DNA of 64,000 bases from a virus (Duplodnaviria; Caudoviricetes), in IMG/VR virus record IMGVR_UViG_2974630753_000001, positions 5,661-69,660 of that record; one strand, written 5' to 3'. Both the position numbers and the translations under genes were made by a program. The notes under the pieces are model-generated. The model saw nothing but the letters and a program-made list of their open reading frames with translations. It was not told where the DNA came from and did no database searches. This document shows positions 36,312 to 45,168 of this stretch, piece after piece; positions within the stretch are counted from its first letter, which is position 1, and the number at the start of each line of letters is the position of its first letter.

Positions 36312-36574
36312 CCAAAAAAGCCAAATCAATTCAAGCTGAACGTGACACGAGTACGTCAAAACTTCAGCAGAAGACCCTACGCAATGCCTACCGTCATGGA
36401 ATGACCTGGGATGATGATGAAGTTTCGTTGCTAGTCAACGGGATTCAAAAAGATCAAACCACTTTTGAAATGGCGATGGCCCTTGGACGTTCGTACTACT
36501 CAGTTCAAGGGGCAAGGGCACATGTTCGTTTCGCCATGGACCACATCAACGTAATTCGAAAGGCTGCAAAGTGA
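36308..36574 (+). CDS. Small HTH-like DNA-binding protein
   Basis: WDDDEVSLL...FEMAMALGRSYYSVQ helical HTH pattern. Confidence 0.55.
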   Translation: MTKKAKSIQAERDTSTSKLQQKTLRNAYRHGMTWDDDEVSLLVNGIQKDQTTFEMAMALGRSYYSVQGARAHVRFAMDHINVIRKAAK

Positions 36575-36973
36575 ACGAAGAGGAACGAAAGCTAATCGCT
36601 TTCATGACCTGGCTAGAAGATGTCTTTCCTCACAGAGTGAGGTTTAGAGACGAATCTGCCAAACTTCAACTTGCACAAGGCTTTTTGAATCGGGAAGAGG
36701 GACAGAGTGATTCAAACATTGCGTAATCTGTTTCGTGCCAAGAGATTTCATAAGCTGCAAAAACGTGCTAACGAAGAGCAGCTGTGTAAGTTTCACGAAA
36801 CACTGGCCAACGAAATCAGGGAAGAAAGGAGACGCCAAGTTAAATGACGCGATTGGTCCGTCTTCTGAATCAATTTGTGACGCAATGAGATTCAGGAGAC
36901 GGACCTTTATGCGTTCTCTGGTGCCCTTACCCGAACTTCCCCGCTGAGTTAGCCTGGCGAGCCGTCAGGCCTG

Positions 36974-36982
36974 TGCTAGGGT
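36974..36982 (+). promoter_or_regulatory. Putative extended -10 promoter preceded by an inverted repeat
   Basis: TGcTAGGGT, preceded by GCCTGGCG / CGTCAGGC. Confidence 0.4.
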
Positions 36983-37012
36983 GCCTCTAGGGCACAATGA
37001 AGGGTCGTCAAA

Positions 37013-37225
37013 GTGCTTGAAACAGTACAGATTTCGCTGATGTCGGATCAGCGAGTCTCCATCACTCAATCTGACTCCAAAAACCTTGTTATAAGCCAAG
37101 TTTCAATCCCTCGAAAAGAATGGGAAGAGCTTATGGCCAAGGTTGTATGGCAAACCAAGAGCGCTAGCCATACAGAGCTCATGCAGTTAATCACTGCATT
37201 AAGTGTTCTTTTGGAAGATAGCTAG
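37013..37225 (+). CDS. Hypothetical protein
   Basis: GTG start after GAAGGG. Confidence 0.5.
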   Translation: MLETVQISLMSDQRVSITQSDSKNLVISQVSIPRKEWEELMAKVVWQTKSASHTELMQLITALSVLLEDS

Positions 37226-37262
37226 AAGTTGCTATTTCCTTGAATAGCAACAAGATTGAGGT

Positions 37263-37271
37263 TGTTAGGGT
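37263..37271 (+). promoter_or_regulatory. Putative extended -10 promoter preceded by an inverted repeat
   Basis: TGtTAGGGT, preceded by perfect GTTGCTATT / AATAGCAAC (37228-37251). Confidence 0.45.
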
Positions 37272-37334
37272 ACCTCACAAGGGGTATCCTTGAGGTTGCA
37301 ACGAAGACCGACCGGTCTTGGATTGGAGATTGAA

Positions 37335-38135
37335 ATGTCACGTCAGAAGCCAGCGGTTGCGCTGGTAGAGGAAACCGACGAACAGGAGAAAACCAACTGG
37401 AAGAATGACGCTGCTGAGTTTGGTCGTCATTTCAAGCAAGGTGGTTGGCGTTTGGGTCTTTTGGTGGCGCGAAACTGTTTGCCCTCTGTAGGTGGCAGAC
37501 CAACCAACGAGAGTCAAAACCGTCCACTGGTGGACAGTTTTACCGAGAAGACCAGCATTCGCGAATTCGCTGAAATTGCAGGGGTTTCCAAGTCAACAGT
37601 TGCCTATTACTACAAGGCATGGGAACTTGCTGCGGATGCTGGTCTAGTCCTTCATGCAAGCGAATTGAACCCCGGAGATGACGACTCAGGGGTCAGCGAG
37701 CTTGAAGAGGACAACGAAGATGATGAAGAGCGCCGCGAAAAGTGGAAGGTCTTCTATCGTCAAGCCAGAAATGGCGAAAAGAAGAAAGCAGAACCAAAGG
37801 CAGAAGCAAAGCCAAGGGCTGAAGAAAAGAAGCCCGACCGCTTGCCTGTCTCAAGCGAGGGGGACGAAAGCGACTCTGACGTTGATGAGCTAGATCAAAT
37901 CACGCCAGAGCAGATTGCCGAACTTGATTCGGCCAATCGTAAAGCCGAAATCCTAGAACGTTTGGAATCTCTTCGGGCAGTCGATAATTGGCTGAAATCC
38001 TTTGGGCCATCCATGAACTCAGAGGAAACACGCTTGATCGGAGAGATTGGGTTTATTGCCCTGGACCTGAATACCATGGCCAAGTCATCCATTGCAGGGG
38101 CCGACGATTCAGTTGCAGTAGCAGTAGATCAGTAA
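37335..38135 (+). CDS. HTH DNA-binding protein with acidic linkers
   Basis: SIREFAEIAGVSKSTVAYYYKAW HTH; RBS GGAG. Confidence 0.75.
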   Translation: MSRQKPAVALVEETDEQEKTNWKNDAAEFGRHFKQGGWRLGLLVARNCLPSVGGRPTNESQNRPLVDSFTEKTSIREFAEIAGVSKSTVAYYYKAWELAADAGLVLHASELNPGDDDSGVSELEEDNEDDEERREKWKVFYRQARNGEKKKAEPKAEAKPRAEEKKPDRLPVSSEGDESDSDVDELDQITPEQIAELDSANRKAEILERLESLRAVDNWLKSFGPSMNSEETRLIGEIGFIALDLNTMAKSSIAGADDSVAVAVDQ

Positions 38136-38191
38136 GACCGTATTGGCTAGGTGGTAAGTACACATAGAGACAGAAACCTAGCCAATCCCCT

Positions 38192-38263
38192 TGCCCCGTA
38201 GTGTAATTGGCAGCACGAGTGGTTTTGGTCCACTTAGTTCAGGTTCGAGTCCTGGTGGGGCAG
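38192..38263 (+). tRNA. trnQ: tRNA-Gln (anticodon TTG), CCA not encoded
   Basis: Full cloverleaf: TGCCCCG/TGGGGCA acceptor, GTGT/GCAC D arm, AGTGG-TTTTGGT-CCACT anticodon arm, TCAGG-TTCGAGT-CCTGG T arm. Confidence 0.92.
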
Positions 38264-38439
38264 CTCAAGTTACAACAAATCAATTGATGGAAAGGTCGGA
38301 ATGGACTGGCAATTTGAGACGTTCAAAGCGTGGGCCAAAATCTGTGGCTACGATTGGACCAAGGACTTTGACAGGGTTGACCAAAACTCTTGGCAATCAA
38401 AGCATTCCGGCGCTATTTTCTCTGTGAGCTGGGGTCCTA

Positions 38440-38700
38440 GTGACGACTGAAAATGTCAGCTGGGACGATTGTGCGAAGCAGATTCGAAAGGCGATGGTCG
38501 ATGTCACAAAAGCTGCCGACCGGGTCCGAAACTCAAGCCTTGAAATGATTGATGATCAATACGAAATCCTTTGTGACTTAATGGATTTGGTTGATGAAAT
38601 GCAAGAGGACTGGATTGCCGGTGGCCAACGCCCATGGCAAAGTTATCGAGACGAATATCAAGAGCGTAAGGGAATCTACCTAGGGAAATCCATGAGATGA
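38440..38700 (+). CDS. Hypothetical protein
   Basis: 86 aa ORF, overlapping the next gene. Confidence 0.6.
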   Translation: MTTENVSWDDCAKQIRKAMVDVTKAADRVRNSSLEMIDDQYEILCDLMDLVDEMQEDWIAGGQRPWQSYRDEYQERKGIYLGKSMR

Positions 38701-38921
38701 GCGAAAACCCAACAGAGACAAGCGATTTCGTTACTTTGACGAAAAGCCAATATGAGCGATTGATGGCAGATCATCGAAAGCTCAAGGCAATTCGTGAGAC
38801 CGTTGAAGAATACAGGATGACGAAAAAGCTTATCGCAGCGCATATTTCAGCAGGTCATCTACATCGATTGCGCCGCAAGGCATTAAGCAAAATCACCCTT
38901 TTACTACAGAGCAAGGTTTAG
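38697..38921 (+). CDS. Hypothetical protein
   Basis: ATGA overlap. Confidence 0.6.
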   Translation: MSENPTETSDFVTLTKSQYERLMADHRKLKAIRETVEEYRMTKKLIAAHISAGHLHRLRRKALSKITLLLQSKV

Positions 38922-38924
38922 CCC

Positions 38925-39170
38925 ATGAAAATCAAGACGTTGACCTTCATTGCTTGTGAGCATTGCAGCAAGGATTTTGGTGGCCCTGATGCTGGTGACT
39001 ACCAAGATTGGGACCAGATTGCTAGCGGTATGTCTTTGCCGGAATTCCTTGCAGGAGAAGCCCTTTCGCTCGGTTGGTTCAGGGTTGTTTGGATGACCAA
39101 CGATGTGCTTTTGTGCTCTTCTCAGTGCGTCACTAAATGGATGAAAGAGGTTATGTCTCATGGCAACTGA
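38925..39170 (+). CDS. Zn-binding hypothetical protein
   Basis: CEHC...CSSQC. Confidence 0.6.
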   Translation: MKIKTLTFIACEHCSKDFGGPDAGDYQDWDQIASGMSLPEFLAGEALSLGWFRVVWMTNDVLLCSSQCVTKWMKEVMSHGN

Positions 39171-41007
39171 GTCAGCAATGCTACGGCGGGTCAGCAAGAC
39201 AGAGCTTGAGCTAGTGGCCCCAAACGGGAAGAAAAAGCTATACCCCTTCAGCTATGAAAGTGCTTTGGAGGCAAGGGAGCTGGCCAAGCGAAAAGGCTGG
39301 AAGATTGCGGTAGAGCCCAAACTCAAAGAGTGGATCAAAAATGAGATAGCCAAACGCAATTGGCCACTCGAAATGATTCCTCATAATTCAAATCTCGGAA
39401 AAGCCTTGGCAGGGCGATCCTTTCAGCGCGAAGGGGTTGAATTCTGCGTTAAGAACCGTAGCGTTTTGATTGCCGATGAACCGGGCCTGGGGAAGACCCT
39501 TCAGTCGATGAGTGCTGTTATCGAAAGTGGTTGTACTGGAACAATTTTGGTCGTTGCCCCGAAAACAGCTGCATATGTCACTTGGCCACACGAACTTCAG
39601 ACTTGGGTCAATGAAGTTGCGCCATATGACGAATGGGTCATCATGGGTGGCAAAATGACTAAGCTCGAACGTGTCCGGGCAATGAAGCGAATTCTGTTGT
39701 GGGACATGGGTAAAAACCGTATTGGCCCTAGGCAATGGGTCATTGTGTCCCCAAATTACTTGCGGCTCAAGGCCAAACTCGATAAAAACCAAAACTTTGT
39801 CTATGACGAAGACAAGAGCAAGATTATCGTTCCTGTCCGAGAAGCAATGCCAGCTCTTTTGGCCATTGATTATGCAGCAATCATTGTTGACGAAGCACAC
39901 CAAACCCTTTCTGGCGCAACAGGAAACATCAAGAAACAATCAGCCCAACGGCAAGGCTTGGGTTTGCTTGAGACTCAAGAAAACGGATTGCGAATCGCCA
40001 TCTCTGGTACGCCTTTTCGAGGCAAGCGCGAAAACCTTTGGGGTACTTTGAATTGGCTCTATCCAGATAGGTACACCGCTTACTGGTCTTGGGTCCAAAA
40101 GCATTTCGAGACCTTCGTAGACCCAATGACCAACGCAACGACAGTTGGGGAGTTGAAGAGCGAAACTAAGCTCTCAAATGAGTTGCAAGACATCATGATT
40201 CGTCGCACCAAACAAGAGGTGGCAAAAGAACTTCCGCGCAAGCGCTACGGCGGGACACCGCTTTTCAAAAATGGCCCAATTGCTGTTTGGTTGGATATGG
40301 AAGGCCAGCAAGCAAAGGCCTACAAAGGCATGGTCGAAAGTGCCATGGTAGAGCTTGAGGGTGGCCGATTGATGGCCAATGGTGTTCTGGCAGAGATGAT
40401 TCGGCTAAAACAATTCGCCAACTCTTACGGGTTCATCGGTGGAGATGACGAATTTTTCCCGACCTTTCCTAGTAACAAATTCGACTGGATAGTTGATTTC
40501 CTTGCTGATCGCGGTATTGACGGCAAGGGTCCGGGCGAATCCAAAGTCATTATTGCAAGCCAATTTACAAAGCACATTGATCTCTTTGCGAAAAGGCTTG
40601 AGAGTGAACATAAGATTCCTGTCTTTACCCTTACTGGCAAGACCAACGAAAAAGACCGCATTCGCCTTCAACGTGAGTTTCAAAGGGGGACAACAGATTC
40701 CGGAGAGTTTTCCCCTGATGTGTTCCTCTTGAACACGAAGGCCGGTGGCGTCTCTTTGACCCTAGATGCTGCCGATGATGTGATCATTGTTGATTCTACT
40801 TTCAACCCTGAAGATCAAGAGCAGGTGGAGGATCGTGCCCATCGAATTTCCAGGCTAGATCACAATGTGACGATTTGGAACCTGGCCTCTACCAACAGCA
40901 TTGACGAACATATTTTGAGGCACACTTTCAAGATGGACACTTCGATCAAGAAAATCCTTGATGGAGAGCGAGGCGTTGATTTTGCAAAGTTGATTTTTGG
41001 AGGGTGA
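39160..41007 (+). CDS. SNF2-family (SF2) DNA helicase
   Basis: LIADEPGLGKT, IIVDEAH, SGTP, AGGVSLTL, QVEDRAHRI. Confidence 0.92.
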   Translation: MATESAMLRRVSKTELELVAPNGKKKLYPFSYESALEARELAKRKGWKIAVEPKLKEWIKNEIAKRNWPLEMIPHNSNLGKALAGRSFQREGVEFCVKNRSVLIADEPGLGKTLQSMSAVIESGCTGTILVVAPKTAAYVTWPHELQTWVNEVAPYDEWVIMGGKMTKLERVRAMKRILLWDMGKNRIGPRQWVIVSPNYLRLKAKLDKNQNFVYDEDKSKIIVPVREAMPALLAIDYAAIIVDEAHQTLSGATGNIKKQSAQRQGLGLLETQENGLRIAISGTPFRGKRENLWGTLNWLYPDRYTAYWSWVQKHFETFVDPMTNATTVGELKSETKLSNELQDIMIRRTKQEVAKELPRKRYGGTPLFKNGPIAVWLDMEGQQAKAYKGMVESAMVELEGGRLMANGVLAEMIRLKQFANSYGFIGGDDEFFPTFPSNKFDWIVDFLADRGIDGKGPGESKVIIASQFTKHIDLFAKRLESEHKIPVFTLTGKTNEKDRIRLQREFQRGTTDSGEFSPDVFLLNTKAGGVSLTLDAADDVIIVDSTFNPEDQEQVEDRAHRISRLDHNVTIWNLASTNSIDEHILRHTFKMDTSIKKILDGERGVDFAKLIFGG

Positions 41008-41011
41008 CGCA

Positions 41012-41305
41012 ATGGTTGAATTATCCTATCTCGCACTTGGTTTCGCTTCTGGGACGATCATTACCTCTAGCATCTTGATAGGGGTACAGCGCAGACTTGT
41101 AGCCAGAATTCTGCACAATGCTCAAATGGAAGCTGTTGCAACGGATTTGGAGACCCGAAGGCTTGCGCATGATTTCGGCATTGATGAGATGCCCCGCCCG
41201 GGGATGGGGCCGGATGCCGACGAAAGCAGTCTCTTTGAAGTGAGGCCAGGGGCAATGCATCTTGCTCACTTAGCCACAAAAAGAAAGAAAAATACTCCGA
41301 GATAG
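41012..41305 (+). CDS. Membrane-anchored hypothetical protein
   Basis: N-terminal TM helix. Confidence 0.55.
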   Translation: MVELSYLALGFASGTIITSSILIGVQRRLVARILHNAQMEAVATDLETRRLAHDFGIDEMPRPGMGPDADESSLFEVRPGAMHLAHLATKRKKNTPR

Positions 41306-41306
41306 C

Positions 41307-41334
41307 TTGACCCACATTGAATTACGACTAAGCT
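41307..41334 (+). promoter_or_regulatory. SigA-type promoter
   Basis: TTGACC - 16 bp - TAAGCT upstream of gene 41397. Confidence 0.55.
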
Positions 41335-41396
41335 GGACAGTGCAAGGGTCGAAGAGACCGAGCTAGTAAATCGAAATCACAAGGGAGACAAAGCAA

Positions 41397-41840
41397 ATGA
41401 CTGCTGACGTTGCAGACGCCAAGACCGACGAGGCCCCGAAGAAGCGTGGAGGCCAGCGTGGCGAGCGTCCGTGGCGCGACAAGCCCACTGCCCGTGAGCG
41501 AGTGATGAATCAGAACCTTGCTGAATTCATCAAGGAGGCCACTGACAAGGATGTGTCTCCGGAAACCATTCGTGCAGTGCGGTATTGCCTGAACAAGTGG
41601 AGCAATTCGGATGCCACGAAGGCTCTTCGCGAGAACATGGACAAGAAGCTTGAAAAGGCCAAGCTTCAGGACAAGCGCGAAAAGGCTCTGGCCATGCTCA
41701 AGGAAGCCGATTCGGAGCTGTCCAAGTACGATTCGGACGGCGATTTGGACGATGACGACGGAGACGACGAAGACGAAGAGACGTTCGATGACACGGATTC
41801 CGATTCGGACGATGACGACGACGACGTTTTCGGCGACTAA
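41397..41840 (+). CDS. Basic helical protein with a very acidic C-terminal tail
   Basis: Strong G/C third-position codon bias; Asp-rich tail. Confidence 0.8.
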   Translation: MTADVADAKTDEAPKKRGGQRGERPWRDKPTARERVMNQNLAEFIKEATDKDVSPETIRAVRYCLNKWSNSDATKALRENMDKKLEKAKLQDKREKALAMLKEADSELSKYDSDGDLDDDDGDDEDEETFDDTDSDSDDDDDDVFGD

Positions 41841-41890
41841 CTGAAAAACCGTCCACCAGTGGACAATTCACACAATTAAATAGAGGCCTA

Positions 41891-41950
41891 CCGGGTAGGG
41901 GTTAGAGTCGGGTTTTCCTCCATCCTCCCCTTAGATTCGCCCCTATCCGG
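41891..41950 (+). ncRNA. Hairpin presenting UUUUCCUCCAUCCU in its loop
   Basis: CCGGGTAGGGG/CCCCTATCCGG, GAGTC/GATTC and GGG/CCC stems. Confidence 0.5.
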
Positions 41951-42109
41951 TGGCTCAAAAAGGTTGTGGGGCAAGCGAATAATGTTGGTCGAGTTCCGAT
42001 GTAAGACTAGACGCTTTTGCGTTAGGCATTTTGGTTCCGAACCGCTAATAGTAGTTGTCCCACAACCTCTTTGAGCAAAACGCTTCAGTCAGGGTCGAAA
42101 AAGAAACAG

Positions 42110-43150
42110 GTGGTTTCTGTGAATGATGTTCCGTTGCTTAGGAATTCGGAACGTGTGGATTTTCGTCGATGCCCTCAACGTTGGCACTGGCGTTGGAACG
42201 AACATCTAGTTCCAATTGATTTCTCTACTGGCCCTTTGGTTTTCGGCACCTTTGGTCATCTAGCCCTTGCTGAGTGGTATATCCCAGGCACAAAGCGAGG
42301 CAGGCATCCAGCGGAAACGTGGGATGAAATCACAAAGGATTACATGGATTCCGTTCGAAACGATGTAACGGGATACCTTGATGACGAAGTCGAAATGACA
42401 TGGGAAGATGCTAGAGCTTTAGGCCATCAACTTTTGGTTGATTACGTAGAGGAATATGGCCATGATGAGCAATGGGAAGTGCTGTGGGTGGAACACCCTG
42501 GAAATCAACCGATTCCACACCCACGAAACAAAAACAAAGCCATTGTTGACTACGCCTTTACGTTAGACCTTATCGTTCGCGACCACGAGGCAGGCGGGCG
42601 AGTGAGGTACATCGATCACAAATTCATGAAACAGATTCAGACAAACCATCTTTGGATCGATTCTCAAAACGGCGGTTACCTTGCAATCGGAACACATCAG
42701 CTTCGGAAAGCAGGGGTTATCGGGCCGAAAGAGTCTGTGCGAGACCTTGTTTACAACTTTGTTCGCAAGGCCAAGCGAGATGATCGTAAGCGCAACCGGT
42801 TTGGTGAGTACCTGAATAAAGATGGGTCAGTGAGTGCCCGTCAACCTACCCCTAGGTTTGTTCGGTATCCCGTGACAAAGACTGCGGCTGAACGCAATTC
42901 ACAGATTGCTCATATTGGGAACGAGGCACTTCACATGAAGGCCTTTAGAGATGGCAAATTACCCTTGCATAAAAACCCAACCCGTGATTGCACTTGGGAT
43001 TGTTCATTTTTCACTCTTTGTCAGGTTCACGAATCAGGTGGAGAAGTAACCGAAACCAAGAAAATGCTTTACAGGGTTGAAGACCCGTATGCAGAGTACA
43101 AAGACCATAGCAAGTCAACCAAGACTCTTGAAAGGCGACTCAACGAATGA
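42110..43150 (+). CDS. RecB/Cas4-like PD-(D/E)xK exonuclease
   Basis: SERVDFRRCPQRW...TLDLIVRD...IDHK...CTWDCSFFTLC. Confidence 0.85.
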   Translation: MVSVNDVPLLRNSERVDFRRCPQRWHWRWNEHLVPIDFSTGPLVFGTFGHLALAEWYIPGTKRGRHPAETWDEITKDYMDSVRNDVTGYLDDEVEMTWEDARALGHQLLVDYVEEYGHDEQWEVLWVEHPGNQPIPHPRNKNKAIVDYAFTLDLIVRDHEAGGRVRYIDHKFMKQIQTNHLWIDSQNGGYLAIGTHQLRKAGVIGPKESVRDLVYNFVRKAKRDDRKRNRFGEYLNKDGSVSARQPTPRFVRYPVTKTAAERNSQIAHIGNEALHMKAFRDGKLPLHKNPTRDCTWDCSFFTLCQVHESGGEVTETKKMLYRVEDPYAEYKDHSKSTKTLERRLNE

Positions 43151-44010
43151 GCGAAGAGGGCAAGTCTCCCGTTGATAATTTCGAAGATGCCGTAAGTGCT
43201 TGGGAGGCAGAGCAAGGACCCCTCCCATCAGAAATCGTTGGCCTAGAAGAGATTTCGCCATACCCCAACATTCTGATTTTCGCGAAATCAGGGGCAGGGA
43301 AGACCGTTTGGGGATGTTCGGACGATAGGGTTTTGGTCCTGAATTGTGAGCCAGAGGGAACGCTTTCCGCAAAGATGTTGGGAAGCAAGGCAAGGCAATG
43401 GACTATTCGAAACTACAAGGATTGGGAAAAGGCCACAGATTGGCTGAAAAGGCTTGTGGAAGAGGGCAAGTCGATTCCATTTGATGTGGTTTTTGTCGAC
43501 TCTCTTACAGCTCTTCAGAAGATACTCATGAGAGATATCTTGGATGATGTTGTGGCCAAAAAGCCTTCACGTGACCCTGACGTTCCAGACCGACCCGAAT
43601 ATCTCAAGAACCAATTGGTTCTGATGCGTCAAGTTCGGGAACTGAATGCTCTTCCCGTAGTTGTGGTTTGGTCCGCTCTCGTCAAGAAAGAGGTTGATCC
43701 AGAGGGTAACGAATTCCTCTTCCCTGACATCCAAGGCAGGGGTTACGGTCTGGCACAAGAGGTTTTGGCTGACATGACTTGCTTTGGCTACCTCTACGTT
43801 AAACCGCGACGCAATGCGCAGGGCAAGCGTTTGGTAGACAAAGACACTCGAAAGCCTCTGTCTGACAGAATCATTCAATGGGAAGATATGGGTTCAATGC
43901 AGGGCAAAGACCGCTCTACTGTGCTTGGTGCCTCAACCAAGAACAAAACACTGAAGGAGGTAAGAGAAAGGATGCAAAAGGCAATAAACGAAGCACGACA
44001 AAGCAATTAA
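43147..44010 (+). CDS. AAA ATPase (Sak4 / AAA_24-like recombination protein)
   Basis: Walker A AKSGAGKT, Walker B VFVDS; adjacent to the exonuclease. Confidence 0.85.
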   Translation: MSEEGKSPVDNFEDAVSAWEAEQGPLPSEIVGLEEISPYPNILIFAKSGAGKTVWGCSDDRVLVLNCEPEGTLSAKMLGSKARQWTIRNYKDWEKATDWLKRLVEEGKSIPFDVVFVDSLTALQKILMRDILDDVVAKKPSRDPDVPDRPEYLKNQLVLMRQVRELNALPVVVVWSALVKKEVDPEGNEFLFPDIQGRGYGLAQEVLADMTCFGYLYVKPRRNAQGKRLVDKDTRKPLSDRIIQWEDMGSMQGKDRSTVLGASTKNKTLKEVRERMQKAINEARQSN

Positions 44011-44044
44011 GCAAACAGGCAAACTCGAAAGTAAGGAATCCCAA

Positions 44045-44698
44045 ATGCCAGTAATCAAGCCGAAGTTCGACGGTTCCGAAATGACGTCGGGTTTCTACGA
44101 TGGTCCCCCGCCTGCACCTGGCCCCTACAAGGGCAAGATCAAGAAAATGGGTCTGGCGAAGATTTCCAGTGGAGATAACAAGGGCGAAGATCGAATTGCG
44201 CTTGTTCTGGAAATCACGAGTGGAAAGTTCAAGGGAGCTGGCATTGTTCACTCCCTAAACCTCATCACATCTTCCGCTTGGGCAGTGAATCAATTTCTCG
44301 ATGCCCTTACGGATGGTTCTGAAAAGCAAAAGCTTGCTTTGCGAAAGTTGTTCTGGCAGAAGGGCTATGCTGTTGAGGACAACGAAGACGGCAAGATGGG
44401 TCGCCAATTTATTTCAATCGGTGGGAAGTTCAAGCCGATTGGCAAGCCGATTGCTTTTGTTACCAAGATGGATGTTTCCACGAAGACCGATGAGCAAATC
44501 GCAGTCATCGACAAATTCGTTGTTCCCCTGGAAGGCAATGATGAAGGGGGAGAAGAGGATTCGTTGGACTCTGTGTCCTCTGATTCTGATGATGACGACA
44601 CAGACGTTGCAGTTGCAGACGACTCCGATTCTTCGGATGATGACTCTGAGGCTGTTGCTTCTGACGATGATGAAGATGACCCGTGGGGTGAGGATTAA
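44045..44698 (+). CDS. Probable ssDNA-binding protein (DUF669-like)
   Basis: OB-fold-like N-terminus; acidic tail ending DPWGED; follows the Sak4-like gene. Confidence 0.65.
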   Translation: MPVIKPKFDGSEMTSGFYDGPPPAPGPYKGKIKKMGLAKISSGDNKGEDRIALVLEITSGKFKGAGIVHSLNLITSSAWAVNQFLDALTDGSEKQKLALRKLFWQKGYAVEDNEDGKMGRQFISIGGKFKPIGKPIAFVTKMDVSTKTDEQIAVIDKFVVPLEGNDEGGEEDSLDSVSSDSDDDDTDVAVADDSDSSDDDSEAVASDDDEDDPWGED

Positions 44699-44731
44699 CA
44701 ACTGAACAGGCCTGGCACGGCCATATGAGTT

Positions 44732-44775
44732 GGGCAGTGTCGTAGTTGCGAAAACGATTGCGACACTGCCCTTTT
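44732..44775 (+). terminator. Intrinsic terminator
   Basis: GGGCAGTGTCGTAGTTG / CGATTGCGACACTGCCC followed by TTTT. Confidence 0.75.
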
Positions 44776-44820
44776 CAGGCCTAGCACTATGAGATTTTAT
44801 GAGAGATTGTGAGACTAAAA

Positions 44821-45018
44821 ATGGCCAAGATAATTCTCGAGGTCACCTATCCTGTAAATCTAGAGCACTATCCGGCAGAAGTCAGAAATGACACTGAGGC
44901 AATGCTTTTCGATTGCAGGCAGATTGAAGAGGGGGAAGGTGACATTGGTTTGCTCATCGAGAATGAGCTGAAAATCGTTGGCGTGCAGGATGATTCGGGG
45001 AAGTTGCATAAACTATGA
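44821..45018 (+). CDS. Hypothetical protein
   Basis: 65 aa ORF. Confidence 0.55.
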   Translation: MAKIILEVTYPVNLEHYPAEVRNDTEAMLFDCRQIEEGEGDIGLLIENELKIVGVQDDSGKLHKL

Positions 45019-45168
45019 TTGGTGAAGAATCGGTTAACCGTCGCAATGCATTAAGTCATGCAATGCATTTGGCAGACATTCAGGCCACGCACTGTGGTGT
45101 GTCCGTTGAATCAAGCAAAATCGTTGAAGACGCCAAGTGCTTCTGTGACTTTTTGGGCGGCAAGGGAA

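Noticed and set aside
38192-38263. attP core or lysogeny module at the tRNA
   Set aside because: No integrase, excisionase or immunity repressor is recognisable in the window.
42110-43150. Cas4 as evidence of a CRISPR-Cas system
   Set aside because: It is a solo PD-(D/E)xK nuclease beside a Sak4-like ATPase and SSB, the usual phage recombination module.
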